DNA of 64,000 bases, taken from the NCBI GenBank assembly GCA_043228905.1, contig JBHGNT010000004.1, positions 12,772,001-12,836,000 of the forward strand. Direction: 5' to 3'. Source of the stretch: Azolla caroliniana (taxonomy: Eukaryota; Plantae; Polypodiophyta). This document shows positions 1-13,458 of this stretch, in pieces. The notes under the pieces were generated by a model. The model saw nothing but the letters and a program-made list of their open reading frames with translations, ran no database searches and was not told the DNA's origin. The position numbers and the translations under genes are program-made. Each line of letters starts with the position of its first letter. Position 1 is the first letter of the stretch.

Positions 1-2532
1 GTTCGGTTTACACACCTCGGGTGCTTCATTGAGGAAGAAGGCCGTGTGATTGCGCAAGGGCGCAGAGACGGGAGGATGTTCATCCTCGACTCCACTGACG
101 GCGGCACCGCAATGTTCGTGAAGGGAAGAAAAACCGAGTCGGACATCGACTTGTGGCACAAGCGGATAGGCCACGTCAACTACCAGCGGCTTCAAGATCT
201 GCAATCGAAACAGGTAGTGTTCGGATTGCCCAAATTTAGTGGCCGAAAGGCACAAATTTGTGAAGCTTGCCAGCTCGGGAAGCAACACCGACTTCCTTTC
301 CCCAACGAGCAAAATCGGAGACGGAATAAGCTCGACCTTATACACTCCGATGTATGGGGGCCGGCACAAAACGTTAGTCTTGGCAGGAGCCGATATTTCG
401 TCTCCTTCATCGACGACCACACGTGGCACACGTGGATCTACCTCCTTGAGAGGAAGAGCGAAGACTTCGACTGTTTCCGTGACCTCAAAGGGTTCTTGGA
501 AACGGAAACGGGACGAAAGATCAAGTGCCTGCGGTCGGATGGCGGAAAAGAGTACTTTTCCGGCCAATTCAACGGTTATCTACAACAAATGGGAATTCGC
601 CACGAATTCAGTTGTAGATACACGCCGGAGCAGAACGGCGTGGCCGAGAGGAAGAATCGGTCAGTTGTGGAAGCGGCACGGGCAATGCTGGAGGAAAAGA
701 GCTTGCCCAAGTTTTACTGGGCCGAGGCGGTAAGGACCGCGGTATACATCCAGAACCGGATCGGAGACAAAGTGTCGGCGCATGAGCTATATTTCGGAAC
801 GAAGCCGAACTTGCGACACTTGAGGGTGTTCGGTAGCATTGCGTATGTGCATGTACCGAAGGAGAAAAGGAGGAAGTTGGACGCAAAGGCCGAGAAATGC
901 ATCTTGGTCGGTTACTCGGATGAGCAGAAGGGTTATAAGTGCTATAACCCTCGCACCAAACAAGCACGTGTTAGCCACGACGTTGTGGTTGACGAGTCCG
1001 CGTCCTGGGACCAACCCCCGACTCCGAACCCCGAGTCCAATCCGTGTTCTAACGATGAGGTCAGTAAGGCCGAGATGCCTCCGGATGAGCCCGAAATCGA
1101 GACCCGCGAAGAGAGTCCGATTTCACTCCACTTAAGTGGACCGATTGGACGACTGAGTCGGTACGATCAGCCCGATGAAGAGCCGGTGAGTAGTGGAGAC
1201 TCGGCCGTGCATTCCCCGCGCAAGAAACCGAGGAGACGGCTTACGCGCACAGATAAGAACGAGTCAGACCGACGCGAGTCCGACTCCGAGGGAACTGGTG
1301 ACGGGTCTTTAAAGGTGTCGACCGAGAAGGCCTCGACATCAGCTAATGTCAGATTACGCCGATCTACCCGCCAGAAGAATCCTGTTTTGCGGTTCGGATA
1401 CAACGAGTACATGGCGCATCATTATGCGTACATGACCCGTGTAGCGGAAGTGCGTGAGCCGGAGAGCTATGCAGAAGCGGCTAAAGACGCGAATTGGCGT
1501 GCCGTGATGGAAGAAGAGATGCACGCATTGGCAGAGAACGAGACCTGGGACCTGGTTGACGCACCAACAGGGGTAAAACCGATCGGGTGTAGGTGGGTGT
1601 ACAAGGTCAAGTACAACACCGATGGCTCGGTAAACTGGTACAAGGCTCGGCTAGTGGCAAAGGGCTACGCACAGAAACACAGCATCGACTACGATGAGAC
1701 GTTTGCGCCGGTCGCGAAAATGACGACCGTCCGTGTTTTGCTCGCAGTAGCTGCGGTGAAGGGGTGGCACTTATATCAGATGGATGTAAAGAATGCGTTC
1801 CTGCAAGGTGACCTTGAGGAACAGGTGTACATGGTACAGCCCCCCGGATTTCACTCTAGAACGAACTCCTCGGCAGTATGCCGACTGAAGAAGTCCCTTT
1901 ACGGACTGAAGCATGCCCCGCGTGCCTGGAACGCGAAGATCACGCAACAACTGCGTCGGATGGGCTTCGTCACGTCAAAATCGGACTCTTCCCTGTTCAT
2001 CCGGAAAGGCCGACTCGGACCAGTTAGTATTTTACTATATGTTGATGACTTGGTCATCACCGTCGCTGACCTAGGTGAAATCAACCGCGTGAAGCTCCAG
2101 CTTGCGGCATCGTTCGACATGAAGGATCTGGGGGACCTTCATTACTTCCTCGGAATCGAAGTGATCTGTACCCTCGAAGGCATATTGATCAGCCAACGTC
2201 ATTACGTGCTAGGTATGCTCTTCAAACTCGGGATTGCCGATTGTAAGTCCGTCTCGACTCCTCTGGACAAAACCATCAAGCTTCGTCCCGATACGGGAAA
2301 GGTATGCGACCCGACGAGGTTCCGACAAATTGTCGAAAGCCTCATATACTTGACCATCACCCGACCCGACCTCAGTTATCCAGTCGGGGTGATCAGTCAG
2401 TTCATGGCGCGACCTACCGAGGAGCACCTTCAGTGTGCGCAACGCGTACTGCGGTACGTAAGTGGCACTAAGGACCGAGGATTGCTATATCGGACCGGTG
2501 CAGCCGCGCAGTTAGTTGGTTCGGATGTTTGA
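1..2532 (+). pseudogene. Copia pol (GAG-pre-integrase, integrase, reverse transcriptase), open frame but truncated before RNase H
   Basis: WHKRIGH..CEAC zinc motif, HSDVWGP, RSDGGKEY, PEQNGVAER, KARLVAKG, QMDVKNAF and YVDD. After AQLVG the sequence jumps to the 3' region. Confidence 0.92.
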
Positions 2533-2761
2533 TTCAGACACGTTGAATCAACCGAGGCCCAAGCGGAAGAAAAAGCAGCAAAAGAAGTGTCGACACCGCA
2601 ACAGCAGAAGAGCTGATAAGGGTCACATGAGCAGACAAGCCGACCGTAAGGGTCGAAGCGCGCAAAGTCGAACAGGTCGAGGAGCGCGAGCGAGGCGTGA
2701 AGCCAGGAGGAACCGGAACTGTGAAGATCCCGAAGAGCCTCAAGTTGAGCTTGAGGGGGAG

Positions 2762-3131
2762 TGTTGAGAGACAAGCTCAACATCGGCCGGATTGGCTGAA
2801 GAAGCCGAGGACCGGATCGACTGGGACCGATCGGTTAGGCCGTTAGGAAAGATATTCCGTGGGGAATATATTTGGGAGTTAGTGTAGGAGCTCTTAATGA
2901 GCATTGAAGTACTGTCAGTACTCCAGTCAGTCCTTCTAGGGCTTGTACAAACTGTTCATTGAACACATATATGTATAGTTTTTCATCTTTTAAATATATT
3001 TTGCTTTTTGTCCTCTCTTAATCCCTCTCGGTCTCTCCCGCGTATACTGTGTAAGCTCAAGCTCTCCATTAAACCTGAGTGTTCTCCCTTCTGTTCTGTC
3101 TTTATACTTGCTTCCGCACGCAACTCTTACA
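2762..3131 (+). repeat. 3' LTR of copia A
   Basis: TG...CA ends, follows the PPT, similar to LTR 7626-8025. Confidence 0.85.
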
Positions 3132-3587
3132 AATAGTCAATCTAATGGAAAGAAAAAAACAGAATACAAAAACTGAGAATGACACAGATTTTAACGTGGA
3201 AACCCAAACTGGGGAAAAACCACATGGAGTCCACAAACTCCGAAACAGAACACTATGAGAGAAAGGAATACAATCAGAGATCTCAGAGGCAACGACCTCG
3301 AGATCCTGCTTCGCCAATAGGCGGCTATGGAGCTCACACGCTTCCACTCACACTCGTTCACTCTCACAGTTATGGAGGCAACAACCTTGTCGACAGTAAC
3401 TTTACAAATAACGCACACAACTAACATGATTGCCCTAAGTACTTATATAGTAATGTAACCTTTCGACTATTTACAAGTTTAGCCTTCCGTGTTGGCTATC
3501 TCCACGATATCCGGTTTCGGCCTCGGCCGAGTTGCTCATCAACACGGTTCTTCTCACTTCCCATCCGGAGGGACCTGTTTCCTAACA
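3132..3587 (-). repeat. Part of a solo-LTR-like element (family X), interrupted by copia A and inserted in copia B
   Basis: Ends ...CCCATCCGGAGGGACCTGTTTCCTAACA like 28952-29687 and shares the GTGGAAA..CCCAAAC..GGGAAAAACCAC block. Confidence 0.75.
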
Positions 3588-6500
3588 AGAAAGGCCACAG
3601 GGAGAGTGAGTGCTGGAAAAAGAGAGCCGATTCGGCCAAAGCCGGATCAAGCCGAAGAGACGCAGAGAGGCGTCAGAGATCGCACTACGCAGAAGGATCT
3701 GAACAAGCCGGAAATGGAGCGGGCCTTGCCTTCGTAATGAAGCATAAAGCCAATTCAATGGCTGTGAACACCTCGAAATCGAGCGAGGTGTGGTATGTGG
3801 ATTCCGGAGCGTCAAATCATAGGACGAGCCATGAAGAATGGTTCTCGTACTTGGAGAAGCCGGAGTCACGAGGGGTTGTCGAAACAGGAGATGACACCCT
3901 GCATACCATCGAACATGTCAGTGAAGTTCCCCTCAGCCAAGTCGGGCAGAAAGGGAAGCTAATGAACGTGTTGCACGTCCCGACAATAATGAAGTAATTG
4001 GTGTCGGTCGGTCAGATCGTCGACCAAGGTATGCAAGTTCGATTCACGCACCTCGGCTGCTTCATAGAAGAGGAAGGCAAAGTAATCGCGCAAGGGCTCC
4101 GTGAAGGGAGGATATTTATCCTTGACACTAATCAAGTCGGAACCGCATGGTATGTGAAAGGACAAAAGGTCGAGTCAGATATCGACATGTGGCCCAAGCG
4201 GTTCGGCCATGTGAATTTCCCACAGCTTCGTGAAATGCAGACAAAGAACATTGTTTTCGGGTTGCCAAAATTTCGTGGCCGGGAATGGCCAAGTCTGCGA
4301 AGCCTGTCAAATGGGAAAACAACACCGACTTCCATTCCCCAATGAGCGTAATCATAGTCGAAGTCCGTTGGATTTGATCCATTCGGATGTGTGGGGTCCG
4401 GCACAGAATGTGAGTCTCGGTGGAAGCCGTTACTTTGTAACCTTTATCGATGATTTCACTCGGCACACGTGGGCATGCACAATCGCAAAGAAGAGCAAAG
4501 TTTTCGCATGTTTCTTGGAGGTGAAGAGCCTCGCATAAAGGGAAACAGGGCATAAAATCAAATGCCTATGGTCCGATGGTGGGAAGGAGTACTTCTCCGA
4601 CCAATTCACATGTTATCTGCGGAAGGAGGGAATTCGACGCAAATTCTCATGTAGATATACGCCGGAGCAGAACGTTGTAGACGAGCGGAAGAATCAGACA
4701 ATTGAAGAAGCGGCCAGGGCAATGCTTGAAGAGAAGCATATGCCAAAATTCTATTGGGCTGAAGCCGTAAAGACGGTCGTCTACCTGTAGAATCAGACTT
4801 CTGCTAATGGAGGAGTGTTGCCACATGAGCTTTATTTCGGGAAGAAGCCGAACTTGGCACACTTAAGGATTTTCTGCAGCATCACGTATCTGCATGTGCC
4901 AAAGGAGAAACGGAGGAAGCTGGATGCGAAAGCCGAGAACTATATCTTGGTCGGCTATTCGGACGAGCAGAAGGGTTATAAGTGTTATAACCCACACACC
5001 AAACAAGGCATGAGTCCGCGTACTGGTACTTGCCTCCGACTCCGAACCTCACCTCCAATCCGATTTCTGAAGAAGAAATCAGCGAGGTTGAAATGCCTCC
5101 GCACGATGAAGAAATCGGAGCTCTGAGAGAGAGTCCGATCTCGTTACGGCTAAGTAGGCCAAATGAGGTGTTGGGCCAAGATGACCACCTAGATGATGAG
5201 ACGGTGAGTAGTGGAGACTCGGCCGTGGTGTCCCCGCGTAAAGAACCGAGGAGACGGTTTACCACAAGGAGAAGGGGAAGAAGAAGATGCCAGAATACGA
5301 TTTTGGTAGTGCCAAGTCAGTTCGAAGCGAATCTGATCTTGAGCCAGTCAAGAAGGAACCTCACGGAAGAGGTCGAAATCGACCGAAAAGGTCACGAAAT
5401 CGTGTAATCACGAAGTACGCCGATCTACCCGCGAGAAGAACCCCGTAAAGAGATATGGGTATAATGAGTACATGGCACACCATTACACGTACATGACATG
5501 AGTGGCAGAAATGCGTGAGCCGGAGAGCTATGCAGAAGCGGCGAAAGATGCAAATTGGTGTGCCGCAATGGAGGAAGAGATACGTGCCTTAACGCAGAAC
5601 GAGACATGGGACCTGGTTGACTCACCGAAGGGTGTGAAGCTGATTGGCTGTTGGTGGGTGTATAAAGTGAGACACACCATGGACGGCTCCATCAACCGCT
5701 ACAAGGCTCGTTTAGTAGCAAAAGGCTACGCACAGAAGCACAGCGTGGACTATGACGAGACCTTTGCGCCTGTCACGAAGATGACTACCGTGCGAGTCCT
5801 ACTAGTCGTAGCCGCGGCAAAGGGGTAGCATTTACATCAGATGGATGTAAAGAACACATTCCTACAAGGTGATCTTGAGGAGCAACTATACATGGTGCAG
5901 CCCCCCAGATTTCTATCCAAACAAAACACCTCAGCAGTTTTCCGATTGAAGAAGTCATTGTACATACTTAAGCAAGTCCTGCGAGCTTGGAACGCGAAGA
6001 TTACGCAACAGCTGCATAGGATGGGTTTTGCGCCGTCAAAGTTGGACTCTTCTCTATTTGTTCGGCAAGGACAATATGGACCGATTAGCCTACTCTTGTA
6101 CGTTGATGATTTATTCATCGCCGGTGCCGACCTTGATGAAATCCGCCGCGTGAAGTCTCAACTTGCGGCATCATTTGAAATGAAGGATCTCGGAGACCTT
6201 CATTACTTCCTTGGGATCGAAGTGATCCGTACCCCCGAAGGCATATTGATCAGCCAACGTCATTATGCGCTGAATATGCTCTTCAAGTTCAGGATGGCAA
6301 ACTGTAAGCCCATCTCGACCCCTCTGGATAGACACGTGAAGCTTCGCCTAGATTCGCGCAAGGCATGCGACCCGACACGGTTCCGACAGATTGTCGGAAG
6401 CCTCATCTATTTGATGATCACTCAGCCGGACCTCAGTTACCCGGTCAGCATGATCAGTCAATTCATGTCACAGCCTACTTCCGAACACTTTCAGTGCGCG

Positions 6501-7631
6501 CAAAGGATATTGGGATATGTAAGCGGCACGAAAGACATGGCGTTGTTATATCGAGCAGGCGTAGCCGAACAATTAGTCGACTACACGGATGTCGATTGGG
6601 CCAGAAACGCCCACGGTCGTCGATCCACATCTGGATACGCATTCTCATTAGGAAGTGCGGCGATCGCGTGGAGCAACAGCAAGAAGCCAACAGTAGCACA
6701 GTCGAGCACGGAGGCCGAATATCGAGGGGCGATTGTCGCTACGTGTGAAGTCATTTGGCTGAAACGGCTATTACGGGATCTACAGGTAGAGGTGTTTGAT
6801 CCGACGACGATCTTTTGCGACAACCTCAGCAGTATCCACCTTGCGAAGAACCCCATTTTTCACTCTTGGACCTAGCACATTGAGGTGCATTACCATTTTT
6901 CCCGCGAGCGGGTCCTTTCAGGAGAAGTCGAATTACCATTTTGTGAAGAGCAGGTCCTTTCGACTGATCGGAAGATTGCCGACATCTTCACAAAACCTCT
7001 TGGTCTCGACAAGTTACGGCATTTCTCGGGTGCGCTTGGGTTGCATCACTCGACACACCGCACTTGAGGGGGAGAAAGGAAGAACAGAGACGAGTGTGAA
7101 AGGAGCGGAAGTACGCATCACGGCGGAAGTGATCGAGATGCGAAGTCGGATGGAGAATTCGACTTCGAACCGGCTGAAGAAGCCGAAGATAGAAGCAAGG
7201 GTCGTAAGCATAAGAAAGAGCCGAGGATAGCCAAATTAGGGGGAGATACAACCAAGGAGGGCGTAAAGGCCAAGACCAATACGTGGTCTGATGTAATCAA
7301 AGGCCTAAAGACTGAAGACGAATTGGAGACAACCAATTCAAATGAAAGTGGAATTGAATCGGAAGTGTTCAATTCAACTGGAATGTTCGATTCAGATACG
7401 ACGAATCAACTAAAGGCCATGCGGAGAAAAGGGTGGAAAAGGACACGCCGACATCGTGACAGCAAGGGAGCTGAGAAGGGCCGAACGGGCAGACAAGCCG
7501 ACCGAAAGGGTCGAAGCGCACGGAATCAAACAGGTCGAGGAGTGCGAGCGAGGTGTAAAGCTAGAAGGGACCGGAGTGTAGATCCGGAAGAGCAAGGGGA
7601 AGCTCAAGTTGAGCTTGAGGGGGAGTGTTGA
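3588..7631 (+). pseudogene. Copia B gag-end/PR/INT/RT/RNase H plus C-terminal tail, with several stops and frameshifts
   Basis: ORF fragments 3737-3997, 3998-4538, 4815-5407, 5502-6875 and 6885-7067; frame open again 7068-7631. Confidence 0.9.
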
Positions 7632-8025
7632 GTGACAAGCTCAACATTGGGTGCGTAATATGGCACATAACCCAGTGCGTAGACTGGACGCGTAAGTTAG
7701 TATGCACAACCTCACCGTATCTGTGCATAAACCGAAAGGCCGTTAGAGAGATACTCCTCGTAAGGAATAATTTTGGGAGTGAGTGTCGAGGCTCATTTAT
7801 GAGCAGTCAAGTACTGTTAGTACTTGTGTCATCCCGATTGTTAGGGCTTGTATAAAAGGTGCTCACTGAGCATCGTGTATGTATAGAGCGTCATTACTTT
7901 GAAATAGAACTAAGTTGTCTGCTCTCTCTTTCTCTCTCTCTCCATCTCCATCTCTGTGTTTTCTGAGTTCTCCAACTATGTACTCTCTGTTTCGCATACG
8001 CTTCCGCACACGCTATTCTTTTTCA
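7626..8025 (+). repeat. 3' LTR of copia B
   Basis: TGTTGAG...TTTCA; follows the PPT. Confidence 0.82.
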
Positions 8026-8882
8026 AAGTCTAAATAATCAATTAAGCAAAACATAACGAATTATATACGAAAGAAAGGAAGAGGGGTGCCAAACCACCTG
8101 ACCAACCCTAACAACTTGTGTGGGACGGACCCATACCTCCTTAATGTCCCATACCATTGAGGGTTGATGCGAGTCATACCTCGATTCGACAAGGAATGCA
8201 TGTGCTTAACGATCAAGACCCATAGCAACATTGTCATAATCTCGACATAAGTGAAGCCTCCCTTGATAAAAAGGTAGCTAGCCTCCTTATATAAACAAAA
8301 ACACAAGGTAGCTAGCCTCCTTATATAGTGTTTTTGTTGATTGCTTTATTTGAAGTTGTCAAGTGATAAGAAAGTTAATAGTTAACTGTAAAGAATCGGA
8401 TATGATTATTGTGTAACGGAAGAGATGTGTGTTATGTGTGTATGTGTGAGAGAAAAGAAATGAGAGAAGAGAAAACACAAGGTAGACTAGATAGAATAGA
8501 GATAGAATACTCAAGAAGAAAAAGATGTATATTCACAAGGAGAATATGAAAATACAAAATGTAGCATTACAAGGAGTCACAGCCAACTTAGTATGAAGTA
8601 GGAGGAGGGTGCTTTATATAGTCACCCTCTCTCTTCATTAACTAACTACAACAACCTCTCTCTTGGGGAATGTGGAGACCCATTAGTCATGGAGAATATG
8701 AAACTCATTAGTTATGCGTCATAAAATATGATTCTATGACACATAGTTAATGTGTAGAGAGTAGTGGTGTGACTCCTGACCTTTGAGTAATCATAGATTC
8801 TCAAAAGGTGTGTTCACATGTTGCACTATGTTGAGATTGATTCTTAACACGCCCCCTCAAGCTCATCTCGGGTCGGTTCCTT

Positions 8883-11800
8883 TTAATTGATGTCCGTTTC
8901 GGCTCGTACCTGGTTCGGACAGTATCGAGTTCTCAAGCTTGTACTCCCCCTCGAGCTTGGCAAGTCAGGAATCATCAATCCAAGGTCTAACATGAATTGC
9001 CAAAGTTTCTCGTCTCCTAGGGCCTTGGTGAATATGTCGGTTGTTTGAAGATTCGTGTTGATGTGTAGAAGATCGACATCTCCGGCCTGAACACGCTCTC
9101 GAATGAAGTGGTAGTGCACTTTGATATGATTTGTGCGTGCATGGAACATCGGGTTTCGAGCCAGGTATATACTTCTCATGTTGTCATGGTAAATGGAGTC
9201 GGATCCTTGATGGGAACACCCAAATCCTTCAATATCGTCTTGACCCATACGGCTTCACATGTAGCTACGGTTGAGCCCTTGTATTCGGCCTACGGACTCG
9301 AAAGAGGGACGGTCAGCTACTCTTTGCTACTCCACGAAATCACTCCGCTGCCAAGGGAGAAGACAAAACCAGAGGTTCATCGTCGATCAGCTATGTAGTC
9401 GGCCCAGTCGGCATCCATGTACCCTTCGAGTCGAATTGGTGTGGTAGATGCATAGAGAATGTCGTAATCCATTGTGTCACTCATGTATCGTAATACTCGC
9501 TTAGCGCAATGGAAATGGATATCTCGTAGAGTTTGCATGAATTTTCTAAGGAGGCCGACCAGATAGTTGAGGTCAAGTCGAGTGATCGTGAGATAGATGA
9601 GGCTCCCGATCAGTTGACGATATTGAGTCAGCTCGCATTCGTCTATGCCGGAGTCAACGCTTAGTTTGAGGTTTTGATCGAGAGGGGTTGCCACACATTT
9701 GCACTCACCCATCCCAAACTTGTATAACAAGTTGAGAATGCAGTGTTGTTGAGAGATCATAACGCCAATTGGAAACCGAATTATTTCGATGCCTAGGAAG
9801 TAATGAAGCTCCTTCATGTCCGTCATCTCGATATTGTTGGAGAGGAGGGATTTCACCTTGTTAATGTCGACTAAATGCTCACCTCCAATAACCAGATCAT
9901 CCACGTATAGGATGATGACAATCGGGCTTCTAGAGTCGTTTCGTGCATAGAGGGAGTTGTCGGATTTCAACATTCGAAAGCCGATTTGATGAAGATATTG
10001 CGTAATCTTCGAATGCCAAGCACACGGTGCTTGCTTAAGGCCGTAGAGAGGTATCTTGAGTTGTGTTGAGAATCAAGCTCAACTTCGTCTAGTGTGTGAA
10101 CTCACCTTGAGAGTGAAGAGACACTCCAACGGTCAAGAGTCACCATTATGTCACCAATTTGTATTCTAGCATTTAGTATGAGTCATAGAATCATATTCTA
10201 TGACACATAACTTATGAGCTTTCACATTCCCCATGCTCCATGAGTCTTGTAGTTAATGAAGAGAGAGGGTGACTACATAAAGCACCCTCCTCCCACCTTG
10301 TATTATGTTGAGTCTTTCTTCTTTGTCAATATACTTTTACCTTGCGTATTCTCTGTGTTTCACTCTCTCGCTCTCTCTCTCTTACACACACATAACTCAC
10401 ATCTCTTCCGCTTCACAAGAATCCATCTCTTGATTCTTTACAAGTTGGCATATAGTTTTCGGATGAATGTTGGATTCGAAGTCGGGTCGTTGTACCATGT
10501 ACACCTCCTCTTCTAATTTGCCTTGAAGAAAGTCATTCTTTACGTCCATCTGATGGAGGTGCTACCCTTTCGCCGCTGCGAGTGCAATTACGGTCCGCAC
10601 AGTTGTCATCTTTGCCACCGGGGCAAAGGTTTCTTTGTAGTCGACTCCGTGTGTTTGTGCGTATCCTTTCTCTACGAGTTGAGCTTTGTAACGGTTTGAG
10701 GTGCCATCGGCGTTATACTTCACCTTGTAAATCCATTTGCAACTAATTTCCTTCTTGTGTGGTGAGTGGGGAACAAGATCCCATGTCTCGTTCTTGAATA
10801 GTGCCCACATCTCCTCATTCATTGCTTCGACCCATCACGGGTCCTTCACGGCTTCGGAAAAGGTTTCCGGCACCTGTATTGTCGCTACCTTCATCATAAA
10901 GGCATAATAGTATGTCATATAATCATTGTAGCTGAATCGGCTTACGGGGTTCTTTTCACGAGTAGACCGGCGTAGTTTCTTGTTCCCAAATACTAGGGTT
11001 TTGTTCGCTCCATTTGTCCGGATGTCAAGGCCTTCGAACTCATTATCGAGATAGTGTGTTGATTCGATTTCAATTGGATCTTCGTATTCCGGCATTTTCG
11101 CCTTGCCTTTGTCCATCTTCGAACTAGGCCAATATGTGCTTTGGTCGCTCGAGGGCTCTTGTGGCCCACTAAGTCTTGTTGTAATCGGGCTTTCTTTGAA
11201 CATGCATGTGAGCTGATCTTCGGCTTCTATCTCTATTTCGGCATTTTCCGAGTCGAGCAGAATCAGAGTTGAAGTTGTCTCTGGTGCGTACCAGGAAACG
11301 GACTCGTTGAAAACGACATCTCGACTTACTCGAGCTTTTCGAATCGAGGGGTTATAGCACTTGTACCCCTTTTGCTCCAGTGAGTTTCCCATGAGGATAC
11401 ACTCCTCCGACTTCGGGTTGAGCTTTTGTCGCTTCTCTTCGGCGATGTGCATGTATGCAATGGAGCCGAATATTCGAACATGTGATAGGTCCGGCTTCTT
11501 TCCGAAAAACTTCTCATGCGGGGTAACCTCATGCACACCGAATGTTGTACACTGATTCATTAGGTAGGCAGGCAGCTGTGTTCGCGGCTTTTGCCCAGTA
11601 CGACTTCGGCATGTGCTTTTCCTTCATCATGACCCGTGCTACTTCAAGGATGTGCTGACACGAAAACTCTCGTTGAATTCCTTCTTTCTAGAGAAACGCT
11701 GAAAATTCGTTGGAGAAGTACTCTTTTCCTTCATCCAACCAAAGACATAGTACATGTCGGCCCATTTCCTTTATTACTCCGCTCTTGAATTTTTGGAAGT

Positions 11801-13458
11801 GTCTGAACACTTCGCTCTTTTGCCGCATGGGGTAGATCCAAGTGTGCCTAGAGAAGTCGTCAATGAAGGCCACGTAGTATCGGCATCCACCAAATGTCGA
11901 TGTTTGGGTCGGCCCCCATACATTGGAATGAATTACGTCGAGTACGCCTTTGCTCACGTTTCTCTCCTTCGGAAATGGGTGCCGATGTTGCTTGCCAAAT
12001 TGGCAAGCGGCACACACACCTTCAATCTCTTACGCTTTGAATGTCAAGAGCCCGATGACAACTCCTTTCAATTGCATCACCTTAAGCTTTTGAAAGTTAA
12101 TATGGCCAATCCGCTTGTGCGATAACTGCGAACATGGCCGATTTCATCTCGTACGAGTCAAGAATGAACATTCGGCCCTCTCTTCGTCCGTGGGCGATGA
12201 GTTGGCCCTCTTTTTTGATGAAGCAACCGCCTTGATTAAATTGTCCTTGCATCCCTTGCTCAATAATTTGGCCAACGGAGACCAAATTCTTCGTAATGGT
12301 TAGTACATGCAAGACATTCATAATAAAAGTTTGGTTACCTTCTTTGCCGAATGGGACATTGCCAATGTGTCAAATCGGATGCATAGTATCGTCTCCGGTT
12401 TCGACATAGTTGCATCGGTCGGGCTCTCGAAGTTCTCGGAACCATTCTTGATGAGACGTCATATGGTTTGAGGCACCGGAGTCGACGAACCATACGTCTT
12501 CCGGACTAGATGCGTTGTTCGAAGTAGAAGCTGACATAGAATTTTCTCTATGTCTCATCACGAACATTCCCACCATGATCGTCAGAGTCGGAGTTGGTGG
12601 CGTAATTGGTGAGTTGTCAGCTTGTGGAAGCCGACTCGCGCATCTTCTTACGGCACTCTTCTTCATGGTGACCAATTTTCCGCAATATCCGCATTCGATC
12701 GAGTTTTTTTGGCTCGGACCAAAATGGAAGCTCCCCCTTCTTCCAAAGGTTCCTCGATGGCTTCCGTCTTTATGCCGAAATTGCGAGTTGTTTTCGTAAG
12801 TCGGGCCTTGTCCTTGGCCGAATCGGCCTTTTCTTGCATGGCCGCGTCCTCTTCCTACATCTAAGTGTGAGTAAAGCATGTGGCCTTCCAAGGTGTTGCT
12901 CCTTGTTTGAACATGGTTTTCTTCGACCAACAACATGGATTGAAGATCGAAGAAGGAGGGTGGATTCTCCCGTCCTAGTACGGCGGTCCTCATCGCGCCG
13001 AACCGTGGTATAAGGCCACCAAGGCATATTTGCACCATCTCATCACCATCCACATTGACGCTTATTGAGCTGACCGAGTCGCAAAGCTCCTTGATATTCA
13101 AGGTGTAGGTCATGATGGACATATCCCTTTGTTGGATGTTGTTCAACTCTTCGTAGAGTTGAAGCTTTCTCACAATTGTGTTGACAACGAAAATCTTTCG
13201 TAGATTCTCCCACGCTTCATTTGGCATCTCGGCTTCTCGAATGTAGTCGAGCATGTTGTCGTGAACAGATGTCGCCAAGCAATACATCACTCGGCTTGCC
13301 GCTTGCTCCCATGTTGCGTAGTCGGCGTCTTTCGGATCGGGTCGATTTTCTTGTGCTCCTTTGATGTGGCTCCATTGGTGCATCTTGTACTCCGAAGATG
13401 CAAAGTTGTTTCGGTCCAACTTCTCGCTAGGGAGAGTCCTCCCCATTTGAGTATTCAT
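8883..13458 (-). pseudogene. Copia C gag-pol, broken by stops, frameshifts and a solo LTR
   Basis: Gag (EKLDRNNF..., CGYCGK knuckle), PR WFVDSGASNH, INT HSNVWGP, RT YVDD, RNase H DIFTKAL. Confidence 0.92.
10064..10442 (+). mobile_element. Solo LTR related to the copia C LTR, inserted antisense into C's RT
   Basis: TGTTGAGAATCAAGCTCAAC...TTTACA; 5-bp TSD AGTTG (10059-10063, 10443-10447). Confidence 0.92.

Larger units (their letters stand above)
1..3131 (+). mobile_element. Ty1/copia LTR retrotransposon A (5' part outside window; RNase H deleted)
   Basis: Integrase-then-RT order. PPT GAGGGGGAG at 2753-2761, then 3' LTR TGTTGAG...CTTACA at 2762-3131. Confidence 0.93.
3588..8025 (+). mobile_element. 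Ty1/copia LTR retrotransposon B (degenerate, same family as A)
   Basis: Protease WYVDSGASNH, then INT, RT (YVDD) and RNase H (CDNLSSI, DIFTKPL). PPT at 7617-7625, 3' LTR at 7626-8025. Confidence 0.93.

Noticed and set aside
7065-7067. Programmed TGA read-through at the end of copia B RNase H
   Set aside because: Better explained by a 1-nt deletion just upstream: the expected LRGR ending is in another frame, and C reads through as SSRGS.
8272-8326. Duplicated AAGGTAGCTAGCCTCCTTATATA
   Set aside because: Small local duplication with no sign of function.
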